Part shown: piece by piece, positions 1-11,195 of the stretch
Layout of the letters: each line of letters begins with the position of its first letter
Position numbering within the stretch: position 1 is the first letter of the stretch
NCBI GenBank assembly: GCA_964234715.1
Contig: OZ174281.1
Length of the DNA stretch: 64,000 bases
Source of the DNA: Podarcis melisellensis
Taxonomy: Eukaryota
Direction: 5' to 3' (one strand)
The notes under the pieces: model-generated
What the model was told of the DNA's origin: nothing
Seen by the model: the letters and a program-made list of their open reading frames with translations, nothing else
Database searches by the model: none
Made by a program: the position numbers and the translations under genes

Positions 1-230
1 TGTGGTGGTAAGGTAAATGGCGTTTCTGTGAACTCTGGCTTAAGTCACGGTGTCTCGTTGCACCAGAAGTGGTTCAGTCATGCTGGCCACAAGACCTGGA
101 AAACTATCTGCAGATGAATGCCGGCTCCCTGGGCCTGAAAAGCAAGCTGAGTGCTGCACCCCATAGTCACCTTTGAGTAGACTTAACTGCCCACGGGTGC
201 TTTACCTTTACCTTTACTTTTACCTTTACC
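1..230 (+). mobile_element. Sauria SINE 3' half, older diverged copy cut by the window edge
   Basis: gtcatgctggccacaagacctggaa core and (ACCTTT)n tail. Confidence 0.85.
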
Positions 231-667
231 TATAAGTTACCTTGACATCAAAACCTGGAAAATAATGGTTTATACTTGCCCTCTAAACCAGAATTGCAAA
301 GCATGGCTTGGTTATGTTTTAGCTCTTTGGAGTATAAGGAAGTAAAAACAGCTTATTAGTTTGGATATTGTAGCAAAGTGTGGTTTGTGTTAAAGAGGAA
401 ATAATCGGATATGAGTAACTGAAAAGAGGAGGAAGTAGAAGGAGGGCGGATGTAAGCCTGTAGCATGTTCTTGGTTATTGAAACTTCGCTTTGGGAGACT
501 GGGAATGTTGCATTTGAACCAACTTGCTGTGATATGAAAGTCTAGCCAATGGGTTAATCCAAACAGTCTCTAAATTCAGCAGTCCCTTGTACCTTAATTT
601 CAACTCCCACAATGCACATTAGCTCATACAACCTGTGCAAGGACCTGGGTATCCTTGCACCTAAATA

Positions 668-878
668 CAGTGGTATCTCGGGTTGAGAACTTAATTTGTT
701 CTGGAGGTCCGTTCTTAACCTGAAACTGTTCTTAACCTGAGGTAACACTTTAGCCATGGCACAATTTCTGTTCTCATCCTGAAGCAAAGTTCTTAACCCG
801 AGGTACTATTTCTGGGTTAGCAGAGTCTGTAACCTGAAGCGTATGTAACCTGAAGCGTATGTAATCCGAGGTATCACT

Positions 879-879
<1 letters not shown>
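668..879. mobile_element. Tc1/mariner (Tigger-like) MITE
   Basis: TIR CAGTGGTATCTCGG / CCGAGGTATCACTG with TA on both sides (666-667, 880-881). Same family as 26818 and 37778. Confidence 0.88.
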
Positions 880-929
<50 letters not shown>

Positions 930-1201
930 TTTATAGCCAGCCCATCTGAACGGCTTACACCACATAAAAAATTGTAAAACGTCAGACATTAAAAATCTCC
1001 CGATACAGGGTTGCCTCCAGATGTCTTCAAAAAGTCAGATAGTTGTTTATTTCCTTGACATCTGATGGGAGGGCGTTCCACAAGGCAGGCACCACTACCG
1101 AGAAGGCCCTCTGCCTGGTTCCCTGTAACCTCACTTCTCGCAGTGAGGGAACCGCCAGAAGGTCCTCGGAGCTGGACCTCCGTGTCTGGCCTGAAAAATG
1201 G
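880..1201 (-). mobile_element. L2-clade LINE 3' end with (TAA)n tail (880-927)
   Basis: Homologous to 17618-17750 and 53670-53940, which encodes the L2 ORF2 C-terminus RAFxVxAPxLWNxLP...FRRHLKxxLF. Confidence 0.8.
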
Positions 1202-2413
1202 TGTGAAATCGAATGCCTGCGACCTAAATGCCAGTTTCAGAGTTTTGCATTCTCTGCCAGCATGCCAGTACAATATTTCCATGGGCTATATTTATAAGCA
1301 AGCTGTGGTAACATATACACAATTTGCATTCATTTTCCTATCTGTACTGAAGGAAATAGCCATACTGAAGATTCATCACATTTGAGGCAGCAGTAAGTTG
1401 GAGCAGTAGGAACGGGACATATTAAGAATAAGGTAGAATATTTAGGTGCTTAATACGAAGTTTTTTAGATTTGGGGGGCACAGAAGATCAATTCAGCTTA
1501 GAACGACATTTTGATTTCATGGAGTTTCATAAACACTAATTTAATTAAACATTATTCTTAAAATAATAATAATCTTGATTATTGCTTATTTTTCTATTAT
1601 TTACCCAGGTAGACAGGTTGAGTTTTCACCAGGGATGCATTTTGCACAAACTTAGTCTTTAAAAAAAATGTATGGTTCCCCCCTTACTTCAAAACGGGCC
1701 CTAAACTTTTCTAAACCAACCCCAGTAGGGTACTTTTAATTTCAAAACTGGCATGCTAATTAGTCTATCCTGTCACATTTTGATTGCCTATCATTTTTAT
1801 GCTGGATTGAAAGTAACAAACTTTCATTTAGTCATTGCCATTTAATACTTTTTTAATTTCCCCAATGAGTGATTTTTATCTTTTGTTGATAATGTCAACA
1901 CAGTAACTTGTGGGCAATAAATATCCAGTGTTTTTGACTCCGTGTTGTTGAAGCAGGATGACTGTGGTAGACTGCAGAATTTATGTGCTTTCCTATGTCT
2001 ATTAAAACCTCTCCATGCGTAAATAGTTTTCCTGTTAAAAGAAAGGCATTAGGCCAATGGCTTGTCAAGTCTAGATGTCTGTGGGAAGCCCACAAGCAGA
2101 AACTGAGTGCAGCAGCATCCTCCTCCTCACTTCTGATTTCAAGCAAACTGGTATTCAGAGGCTTACTGCCTCCAGCAGCGAAGGTACAACACAGCCATCT
2201 CTTCTAACTCCCATTTCCCTCAGCTCCTTGGTTTTCCTTCCGAAAAAGTTTAAGCAAAGGGATCTGTCCTATCTGCAAAGACAGATGCAAAGGAATCATC
2301 CAGCCAGTCTGCAAACTCCTTATCTTATGCTGAAAACCAGAATAGATTTTCTGCTGCTCAACAAAAAATTAAGAGTCACAATCCTTACTGTGAATGTCTT
2401 CAGTTCTATCATA

Positions 2414-2763
2414 AAGGTAAAGGGACCCCTGACCATTAGGTCTGTTCGTGGCCAACTCTGGGGTTGCAGTGCTCATCTCGCTTTATTGGCTGAGGGAGCC
2501 GGCGTATAGCTTCTGGGTCATGTGGCCAGCATGACTAAGCCGCTTCTGGCGAACCAGAGCGGCACACGGAAACGCCATTTACCTTCCTGCCGGAGCGGTA
2601 CCTATTTATCTACTTGCACTTTGATGTGCTTTCGAACTGCTAGGTTGGCAGGAGCAGGGACCGAGCAACGGGAGCTCACCCCGTTGCGGGGATTCAAACT
2701 GCTGACCTGATCGGCAAGCCCTAGGCTCTGTGGTTTAACCCACAGCGCCACCCACGTCTCTTA
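2414..2763 (-). mobile_element. Sauria SINE, full length
   Basis: tRNA-like head, (ACCTTT) tail, perfect 13-bp TSD cagttctatcata at 2401-2413 and 2764-2776. Confidence 0.95.
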
Positions 2764-4802
2764 CAGTTCTATCATACTTTCCCCTTAAAAACAAGCAGTG
2801 CTTGTTACATAGGGTAGCATCTAATGGTGATTGTCAGTTGCTAGAAGGGAATTTGTCAGCAGAAAAATGAGGGAAGCCATCTATGGCAAGAACTTCCTTC
2901 CTCCTGCAATGACCTGCATGCCCTGCCTCACTAAGTGTGTTCTGGATTATCCTCTAACCTTCTGGGGTGTAGCAAATTCCCCCTTTTTTTGACAAAGTAA
3001 AGAGAAGGGGACTCCTTCCTTCCTTCTCTATTGCCCCTAATTATCAGATTGCAGGAAAGAAGAAGCTGAGGAGGAGAGCAAGCAATGATAGAAGAAATCA
3101 GAAGACTACAAACGACCCAGAGAGTGGAAAACCACCTGAGGTCCTCCTGCCCAGGACCCCCTTAAGCATTATTGCTGGGCCCAGATAGGTCTAGGAGCAC
3201 AACTGTAGTAGATACAAGAAAATGAATGAATTCTGCTTTATATGACCATTGCATTTTGACATAGAGAAGATGTGTGCCTGCAGTCCCCCATCTCTTGCTT
3301 TCTTTTTTATTCCCATCGCTTTCTGAAAACAAATTTTACAAAGATCTTTTCTTTGAAATTCCGTTAGATAAAACCAAAAGAAGATCCCAAAGTTTAGACC
3401 AACCTGACGATCCTTATAATTATGGGTTGGGAACAAAAGCACACCAACAGTTTTTAAATGGCGTTGTTGTTGTTTCAAACCTGTGAGTCACATTATTTGT
3501 GTGGAAAAGGAAATTTGTGCTACCTGCAGAATGACAATCCACTGAGAAATCTTCGCCCCAAGAAGCGATAATATTTGAAAAGTGTATGCGGTGGCATATA
3601 CTGAATTATGGATATGAAATACTGATAAAATATAAAACGGATTCATGTAAATGCAAATGAAGTGTGTTCCAGAGGAGTTTGCGACGGGGGAGAGAATTGA
3701 CAGAGGAACGTTAACTCTTTCTCGGGATGACATTGTTTTGCTTTCTCTCTGACGTGAGTACTTTCAGAAGTGCTTGCAGAGAGAGAACTTGCATGCTACA
3801 TGAAATTATTAAATCCAGCTCGAAGTTATAAAGTAGGCTCGAGTTACACAATGTGCAAACACATGTGTGTGAGAGAGGCCTTAATTATGTATGCCGTTCA
3901 AATGAGGAAGATCGTCTCCCAAAGGCCCCATTTATGCATGTCAACCCTAGAGCCAGGCCTCGTTGTGTCAGGTCACAGCCTTTCAGCATTAGATGAAACT
4001 GCCTGGGTGAAATGGCTCTTAGCTTTAAATAGTCTTTTCAGAAGGTGCAAGAGCCTTGGTCTTTGTCCACCTGCCCCACGTTCTTCCTGCAGTAAGTTTG
4101 AGACACGGGCTATAATTTAAGTTCCAAGTGCCTGGGGGGGGGGGTGTTTCCTTAACATTTTTTTTTAATCGGTATGGTAGGTTGTTTCCAGCTCCCAGAA
4201 AAGATAGGGAACTTTCAAAGTTCACATATATTGCCTAGGAAGAGGGTGCTGTTAAAAATGTGTGATGCTACTGGTGGGCACTTGGATACCTTTAAAGTAC
4301 TCTGTGAATTCTGTCCCTCTTCAGAGTCCTGGGCAAACCTCTTGCTAAGTCTGTTATACAGTAATCTTTCTTCTTTAGCCGCATGGTCACCAGATTCAGT
4401 TCTGATAACCAGACTAGAAGCGACATTAAATGCACTTTTAAAAAATGTGCAGTTTAAAAAAAGGGGGGGATTTGAAGAAGATTAGGACCACAGTGGGTGA
4501 AGAGAGAGAAATGAAGCCTTTGCTTCTGCTGTGATTCCAGTGAAAAGCCCCAGCCCCACCCCAGTGATTGGTCCTATTGGCCTTAATAGAAGTTGTTGGC
4601 CAAAGCAGTAGCTTGAGGGGTGGAGATTGTCATCAGATTTGTGCCAGGGGGAAAGGAATTGAATTCCTCACCTACAAAAATCCCGTGCTGTTCTTCATCC
4701 CCACAGCTATTTACATTAATAAAGATGTGTGTGTTAAACGTAAGAAATGCATTAATATCACATCTGCTTTAGCCCTTACTGTTAATGCATGTTAACCACC
4801 AA

Positions 4803-5040
4803 ATCATAGAATTGTAGAGATGGAAGGGACCCCATGCATGACAGATGGCCATCCAACTTCTGCTGAACAACCTCCAAGGAAGGCGAGTGCAGAGAGACTT
4901 GTTCCACTCTTGCTGTCAGAAAGTTATTCCTGACGTTTAGTCGGAATCTCCTTTCTTGTAGCTTGATGCCTCCAGAGCGGGAGAAAACAAGTTTGCTCCA
5001 TCTTCCATGTGAAAGCCCTTTAGAAATTTGAAGATCATGA
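4803..5040 (-). mobile_element. CR1 LINE 3' fragment
   Basis: Minus-strand peptide LQERRFRLNVRNNFLTAR...SPSLEVVQQKLDGHLS is CR1 ORF2 C-terminus-like; ttctatgat tail. Confidence 0.8.
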
Positions 5041-5406
5041 GGAAGGTTAGGTTTGCTCATGTGGTAAAACAAACCAACAAACCAAAAGTGGCCTTCAGTT
5101 TAGATTATATCATTATTTGGTCAGGGTGTTTGTTCACGGTTATTGTTTTTTTAAAGTGTATTTTGACATTGGTTAAGTAAACTGTGTAGCTCATTGCTTT
5201 GGGGCCTTGCATGAGGAGGGTCATCAGACTGTGCTTGAGTAAATTACAGGGTAAGTTTCCTACCATGATAATTTACAATGTGTTGAGTAAATTGCATACA
5301 GTGTTAATGTATTTATGAATGAAAAATGTCATTTGTTCTTAATTAAACTGAAATGATGACTTGTCTAACTTTTTTTCTTTCAACCCCGATCTTATCATTG
5401 CTACAG

Positions 5407-5520
5407 GAAGTCAGCCTCATCCTTGGAGCTATATTGGTATTTCTGGTAGCATGTTATGCTTTCTTTTATCTTAACCTGTCCGAAGAGGTTGACCTTGAAC
5501 TGGATCAAGATGAAAACTAG
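5407..5520 (+). CDS. TRIQK: TRIQK (triple QxxK/R motif-containing protein), terminal coding exon with TM helix and acidic tail; upstream exons lie outside the window
   Basis: Branch-like CTAAC 5365-5369, polypyrimidine tract and ctacag acceptor ending at 5406. Phase-0 translation EVSLILGAILVFLVACYAFFYLNLSEEVDLELDQDEN-TAG matches the human TRIQK C-terminus as I recall it (EVGLVLAAILALLLAFYAFFYLRLTTDVDPDLDQDED). Not in the ORF track because it is short and spliced. Confidence 0.93.
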   Translation, partial: EVSLILGAILVFLVACYAFFYLNLSEEVDLELDQDEN

Positions 5521-8500
5521 CAGATGTCTTTTTTGCAAGCTTTTTTTTCTAGAAAAGATGATGATGAAGAACAAGCCGTCTCTTCACAGAGGTGGCCATA
5601 ACTTGAACAAGTTCCTGCACTTTGGAAACTTTTGAAATATTGTAGCAAGGCTTACGGGTTTTAATGATGAAGCCCACTGACCAAACCTCTGTTATTCAGC
5701 CTGGCTTATTCAATGATATAGAGCCTTTTCATAGTTTGTTTCATAATTTGAGCTGGAAAATATTTGATTCCGGAATACAATTTCCTACATTTATGAGCAT
5801 TACCATGTTGGAGGGCAGACTCTGATTTCCCTGGACTCATCTTGGAATTAATTTGTTATTTTCAAAGGATGACAAACCAAAACCAAACAGGATGGAACTG
5901 GATGAAGTTACATTGTCTATGCAGTCTGTGGGCATGCTTCCATTATTAAGAATGTTAAGTTGCATTAAAGGCAGTAGGAAAGGTTCAAGCATATGTTTAA
6001 TTCTTAGACTAATACCAGTGAGAATTTAAATGTGCTTAACCATAGCTGGATCATACCCAGTAATTAGTGAGAGCAAGTATTAGTATGCCAAGGTTTACTT
6101 TGACTTTGCGAGCAAAAAGTGTAGACAAGCTGGAGAAGAGGGATTCGACCACACCAGCACAGTCTTCTCCATATCAATGCATCAAGTGTACGCTCTTGCA
6201 CCATTGGCCACAATGCTGCAAAAACACACATAGGTTGCATTGATTTTAGTGAGAGAGTAAAACGTGCTTAAATCCCATTCAGAATAAGGAGATTGTAAAA
6301 TGCTGAATGTTGGCTGGAAGATGGTCATTGTTATTAACTGCAAAACAGCCCAATGCCAAGATCCAGAGCTCAAAAGAGTCCAGAGGATGCTAACCAGGAC
6401 AGCACAATTTATGGACAATTCACGAATAGGTAAGGCCTATTGAGTTCAATTGGACTTGTTCCTAGATAGGTGTGTATAGGATTGCAGCCTAGGTTGGTTG
6501 CAACCTCTGCAAGTGTCGATATCAAACAAGCAGTCTTAATTCATAGGGATTTTAAAAAAACTAATTTGCAAAGATCACCTTGAGTTAACCACCTCGCGTT
6601 TCCATTTGCAATGAAAGCAGATTTTAACCGAGAAAATAATTAAAGGTAATTTATGGTATTGGCGTACAAGTTGATATACTTGGATTTATTTCCTAACAGC
6701 AAATTAAACTGTGCTCAAGTATAGCCATCAGTGAGAGAACCAAGAACCAGACGAGAGAAGTGTAATCAAATATTTTAAGATTGGAGCTAATGGAAACAGA
6801 CGGGTCACTACACTGCTCTTCCCTCTCCCAATGGGACCTACGTCTACCATCAAAGCATTCTCTGCTGTGGCTTTCAATGGATGTTTGTATAGAATATGGA
6901 GAGCCTCGACTCAGTAAAAGCTACTTGGAGTCAACTCTGATCAAACTCTACGATCCAAAGCTTCCAAATTATCAAGAGTTGCCCGAAGAAACACTTCCCA
7001 AATAAGCATGCTTTAATAATTTGTAATTGTAGCACATCTATACATAGAATCACACGGCAAACCTCTCTGTTTAGAAGAACCCTTCTATTCCTTTTTTTAA
7101 AAAAATATTTTTTGGTGCAAGTTTATTTTCAGTGTCACCCTGGCTCCTTTGTGCATATATATCAGCAGTCATCTTTTTCATTCATTGCCAACTGTTCAAG
7201 GCACATGTGTTCTGTCAGAAATGGCACCTGGATGACAGAAGCTCAAGCATTCACATATGCCTCTGAAGCAGAGTTCCTTGCCTCTTGGGCTATCTTAACG
7301 AATGTAAATAGAAAGTTCAGTCGATGTTGATTTTAATTAGCGCATTGCTTCATTAATATAAAGTTGAAATTCTGTTTTAATTATACCATTGCTGCTCCTG
7401 CAATATCAACATGGAAGATACATGGTTGCTGGTTGTTTTTTTTTAAAATCTCTTTGGCAATTAGGCAGTCATTTTTCATAAGTTCAAATAACGGTTAACA
7501 AACCTTTTCCATACAAATTCCCAGTAAATTTGAAACATCCTGGCTCCTTAATACTTTCTTGTATGATACAATTCTAAATATATTGTATAAGGGTTTTTTT
7601 CCCCTAACCTCAGCTCCAAGGAAAAAATAGATAATACAAAAAATGCATCTGAGTATATGATAAGGTCTGCAATTTTTTTTTTAAATTGTGATGAATTTGT
7701 GCAGATTTGATGGTTGGGAAATTTATGATGCTGTTCACATGGTTCGTTCATTTTAATGGGGCATCAGAGAAGCCCTAGTGCTGATGAGGATATGGAAGCT
7801 TAATAGAGAATTGTTTGGTATGTTTATTGAAGCCTTGAAATTCATTTTAACATCCTGACCATAAAGCTACTCTGCTCAGTCTGTGGACCAAATCATAGGT
7901 GTTTCTTTCGTTGTTGTTTGTCATAAAGATTTTGAAAGTCAGCTATCATAATGCATCCAAGTTGAAAGACACAACATGAAAACATTCCAAAAACAGGAAA
8001 CATAATGCAGATCAATCCAAACTGAAAAATTGGTCACTTTACATGTAAAGTTTTACTTCTTTTGGCAGGATAATTCAGGTTTTTGATGACTAAAGAAATG
8101 ATAATATGGTACTTGACTGAAATTGCAAAAAAGAGAGAGAGAGGTAGTGTTGGAATTGCTTCCTGGCATTTTTTTGTAGTGAATTCTGCTTGTAATTGTG
8201 GGAATGAAATTGGCAAATGAATAAACTGGCTATGATTATTTGTGTACTTTCCCCTCTCAACGGAACAATAAACAAACCGGGGTCTGGTTCATGCAACTTA
8301 GAGAACTGGCACCATCATTGCACTTTGGCACCCAGCATGCATGATTTCTCCCGTCTGTGGAGGAAAAATTATGAGATCAACTGTTTGCACAGTGCACTAG
8401 TGATGCTCACTGTATGGTGGAAGCAGTCTTGAGTTGGCACCCCTTTCTCTATGGCCCTTCCTTTTCCTCTTCAATGCACCATTGCCCACTCACTTTTCGG

Positions 8501-8649
8501 CACACCAGCCTGACAGTGAGCCCATCATCCATCTCCTCCCTTTTGTCATTGCTTGCATGCCAGAGAGGGCAGGTGAACAGGCAGGACTAGCAAGGAGGAA
8601 GAGAGCAGAACCAAGCAGTTTCAGAGCATAATAGTTCTCCAAGGGGTGT

Positions 8650-9009
8650 AAAAGGTAAAGGTACCCCTGCCCGTACGGGCCAGTCTTGACAGACTCTGGG
8701 GTTGTGCGCCCATCTCACTTAAGAGGCCGGGGGCCAGCGCTGTCCGGAGACACTTCCGGGTCACGTGGCCAGCGTGACATCGCTGCTCTGGCGAGCCAGA
8801 GCTGCACACGGAAACGCCGTTTACCTTCCCGCTGGTAAGCGGTCCCTATTTATCTACTTGCACCGGAGGTGCTTTCGAACTGCTAGGTTGGCAGGCGCTG
8901 GGACCGAGCAGCGGGAGCGCACCCCGCCGCAGGGATTCGAACAGCCGACCTTTCAATCGGCAAGTCCTAGGCGCTGAGGCTTTAACCCACAGCGCCACCT
9001 GCGTCCCGC
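8650..9009 (-). mobile_element. Sauria SINE, young CpG-rich subfamily
   Basis: 13-bp TSD ctccaaggggtgt at 8637-8649 and 9010-9022; near-identical to the copies at 15643 and 34165. Confidence 0.95.
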
Positions 9010-9110
9010 CTCCAAGGGGTGTGGGCCATGACAAATGCCTAGCAATTCCCAACCCTGGCACCAGCTTTCTTTGGAATGGGAGTGGAGGAGTGTTTGCTTG
9101 TTCCTTTATC

Positions 9111-9276
9111 CAGTGCTTTTCTTCTTAAAAAATGTTTAGGAGTACTCTCATTTTGACTCAAGAAAATCACCATCTTACAGTTCAAATCAGGAAAAATAAA
9201 TACAGCAAATGGACAAAAGTACAAAGATTCACAAAATGTTTAGGGGTCTGCGTCCCCCCCAGAAAAAAAAGCACTT
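9111..9276. mobile_element. hAT MITE
   Basis: TIR CAGTGCTTTT / AAAAGCACT(T); 8-bp TSD cctttatc/cctttacc; second copy at 57128-57301. Confidence 0.8.
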
Positions 9277-9768
9277 CCTTTACCACATACCACTGGTCTG
9301 ATAAGTTGTGTGAACTGTACTTAAATCAGAAAAAAAGAATATTTTGAATGCATATCCTTTTATGTGACCGTTTAACTTAACCTCAGTGTGCCATGTTTTA
9401 TATAATAACATATAGATTTAAAATGTTACCAAGAAGGGGAAAAGGAACTTTATATGGCATGTCAATGCCCTTAACCAGTACCATTCTCTGCTAATGTTTA
9501 CTGAATCCCAAATTTGTGAAGAGACAGCCAAAATGTTAGGTTCCAGTGTCTCTCAAACAGATGCCTCAGCATTATTTTGTAGCTTTTTTGGATGAATAAA
9601 CATGCACAACTGTGAAATGTTACATTGTAGGAGCCTTTTTATTTTTAAAAAATGGGCCAATCTGTTTACTGTCCTCAGTTGAGACAACAGTATCAGTTAT
9701 TGCCAGTTTGGGCGGCACTGCAATTACCAGTACCAGACAAGTACCTGGGAGCTGCAATAGCCTGTAAA

Positions 9769-9901
9769 TAAGGTTACCAGGTTTTTTTTAATGAATCCGG
9801 GGACACTTTTCAACTTCAGTCAGAATGGATGGATTTTGTCAGGGAACTGATTTGTAAATCCAGGGACTGTCCCTGGGAAACGGGGACATCTGGTAACCTT
9901 A
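9769..9901. mobile_element. hAT (Tip100-like) MITE
   Basis: Perfect 12-bp TIR TAAGGTTACCAG / CTGGTAACCTTA; degenerate TSD cctgtaaa/ccgtaaaa. Confidence 0.75.
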
Positions 9902-10430
9902 CCGTAAAACTTGTAACTTTCAGGACTATTGTATAATTGTATTCAGTTTGTTTTGCATGTTAAATCAAAGACAAACATATAATTATTAAAACACTGTCCT
10001 ATTTCCCCCCTCTCTGTGTTTACCTCAGGCACCCTGAATAATTTTTAACTTGGTGAAATTGTGGAGGTGAATTCATGTATCAACATTCCACTTTACTCCC
10101 CCAAAATAGGGATTGCTAAGGCTTCAATCCGAAGGGCACATATTAGGAAGAAAGTTGAACTGAACTTGGTGGAACATATCTCTAGTAAACATGCATGGAG
10201 GGTCAAAGTGTTTAGACGTTATACCAGCCAACAGCCGGTTATGGTTGGATCTACAGATATCTGGAAAAGAACTTAGGAAGGGAAACTTGCCTTTTGGTTT
10301 TAGGCAGAAGCCTTGTAAATAAGTCCAGAAGTTTCTTGACCAAAAAATAATAGATAAAGCATTTCACCTATTTGAACTTGACTCTATTAAGTCATTTGTA
10401 ACATACAGTACCTGTAATGTTAAAAGGGAG

Positions 10431-10614
10431 GGGACATAGGACACAGCCTTCCACTGAGTCAGCTCATTGGTCCATATAGTCAGTATTGCCCATATTGATT
10501 GGCAGAAGTTCTCCAGGGTTTTAGTCAGAAGTCTCTCAACCCTACTCTCAACTGAATCTGGGTCATTCTGCATGTAGTACAGATGTTCTACCACAGATCT
10601 TTGGCCCTTCCCCC
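10431..10614 (-). mobile_element. Old tRNA-derived SINE (possibly Squam2-type)
   Basis: Minus strand begins GGGGAAGGGCC...TGGTAGAACATCTG...CATGCAGAA...CCCAGATTCA (decayed A/B boxes) and ends cctatgtccc. Confidence 0.6.
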
Positions 10615-11142
10615 AGAAAAGAGCCACCCCTGCTAATTTTCAAATGGTCCCTAGCATCTCACCTGAGGGTAATGAATGATCCACTGAGTGATTGTTTACA
10701 CATCTCTGAATATTAGCATTTGGGATGTTTATTTCCTGGACAATTTGAAGTGGTGTCTCTCTCACTGAATGGAGGATAAACCTTTTAATGTAATTGTAAG
10801 TGTTATTCCTAAAACCTTAATGGGTCAAGAGCTTGTGACTTCATCTCAGCATTCCTGGGGGGCAGCGGCGGTCAGAAATCACATGTGTTAACAAATACTG
10901 GCAAGGCCTGCCAAACTCTGCCCCCAATTGGTACAACAATACTCCCCAAAGAGAGTGCATTCTCCTAGTACTTCGAGAAACCCTTTTCCGGGACCACTGT
11001 TGCAACCAAGTATTTCTTTGGAAACGTTTAATGAGCTCTTAATAGACATTATGGAGCCCAGTAAGGAAATGGATTTATTCATTTATGGATTCAAGCAATG
11101 AAACAGTGGTTAATAGACATGTTAGAGCTGAAGTTCTCAAGC

Positions 11143-11195
11143 CATTTATCCTGGAGTACCCTTTATCCCAGAGTACATTTATCCTGGAGTACCCT
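11143..11195. repeat. Short minisatellite, ~3 x 16-17 bp
   Basis: catttatcctggagtaccct at 11143-11162 and 11176-11195 with a degenerate middle unit. Confidence 0.8.

Noticed and set aside
3274-3488. 70-aa ORF ending at a GTGAGT donor-like site in the TRIQK intron
   Set aside because: No similarity to the missing TRIQK N-terminal exons, and the donor phase does not join in frame to the phase-0 exon at 5407.
5521-9620. Exact TRIQK poly(A) site
   Set aside because: Several AATAAA/ATTAAA candidates (near 5965, 8220, 8267, 9595) and no way to choose without transcript data.
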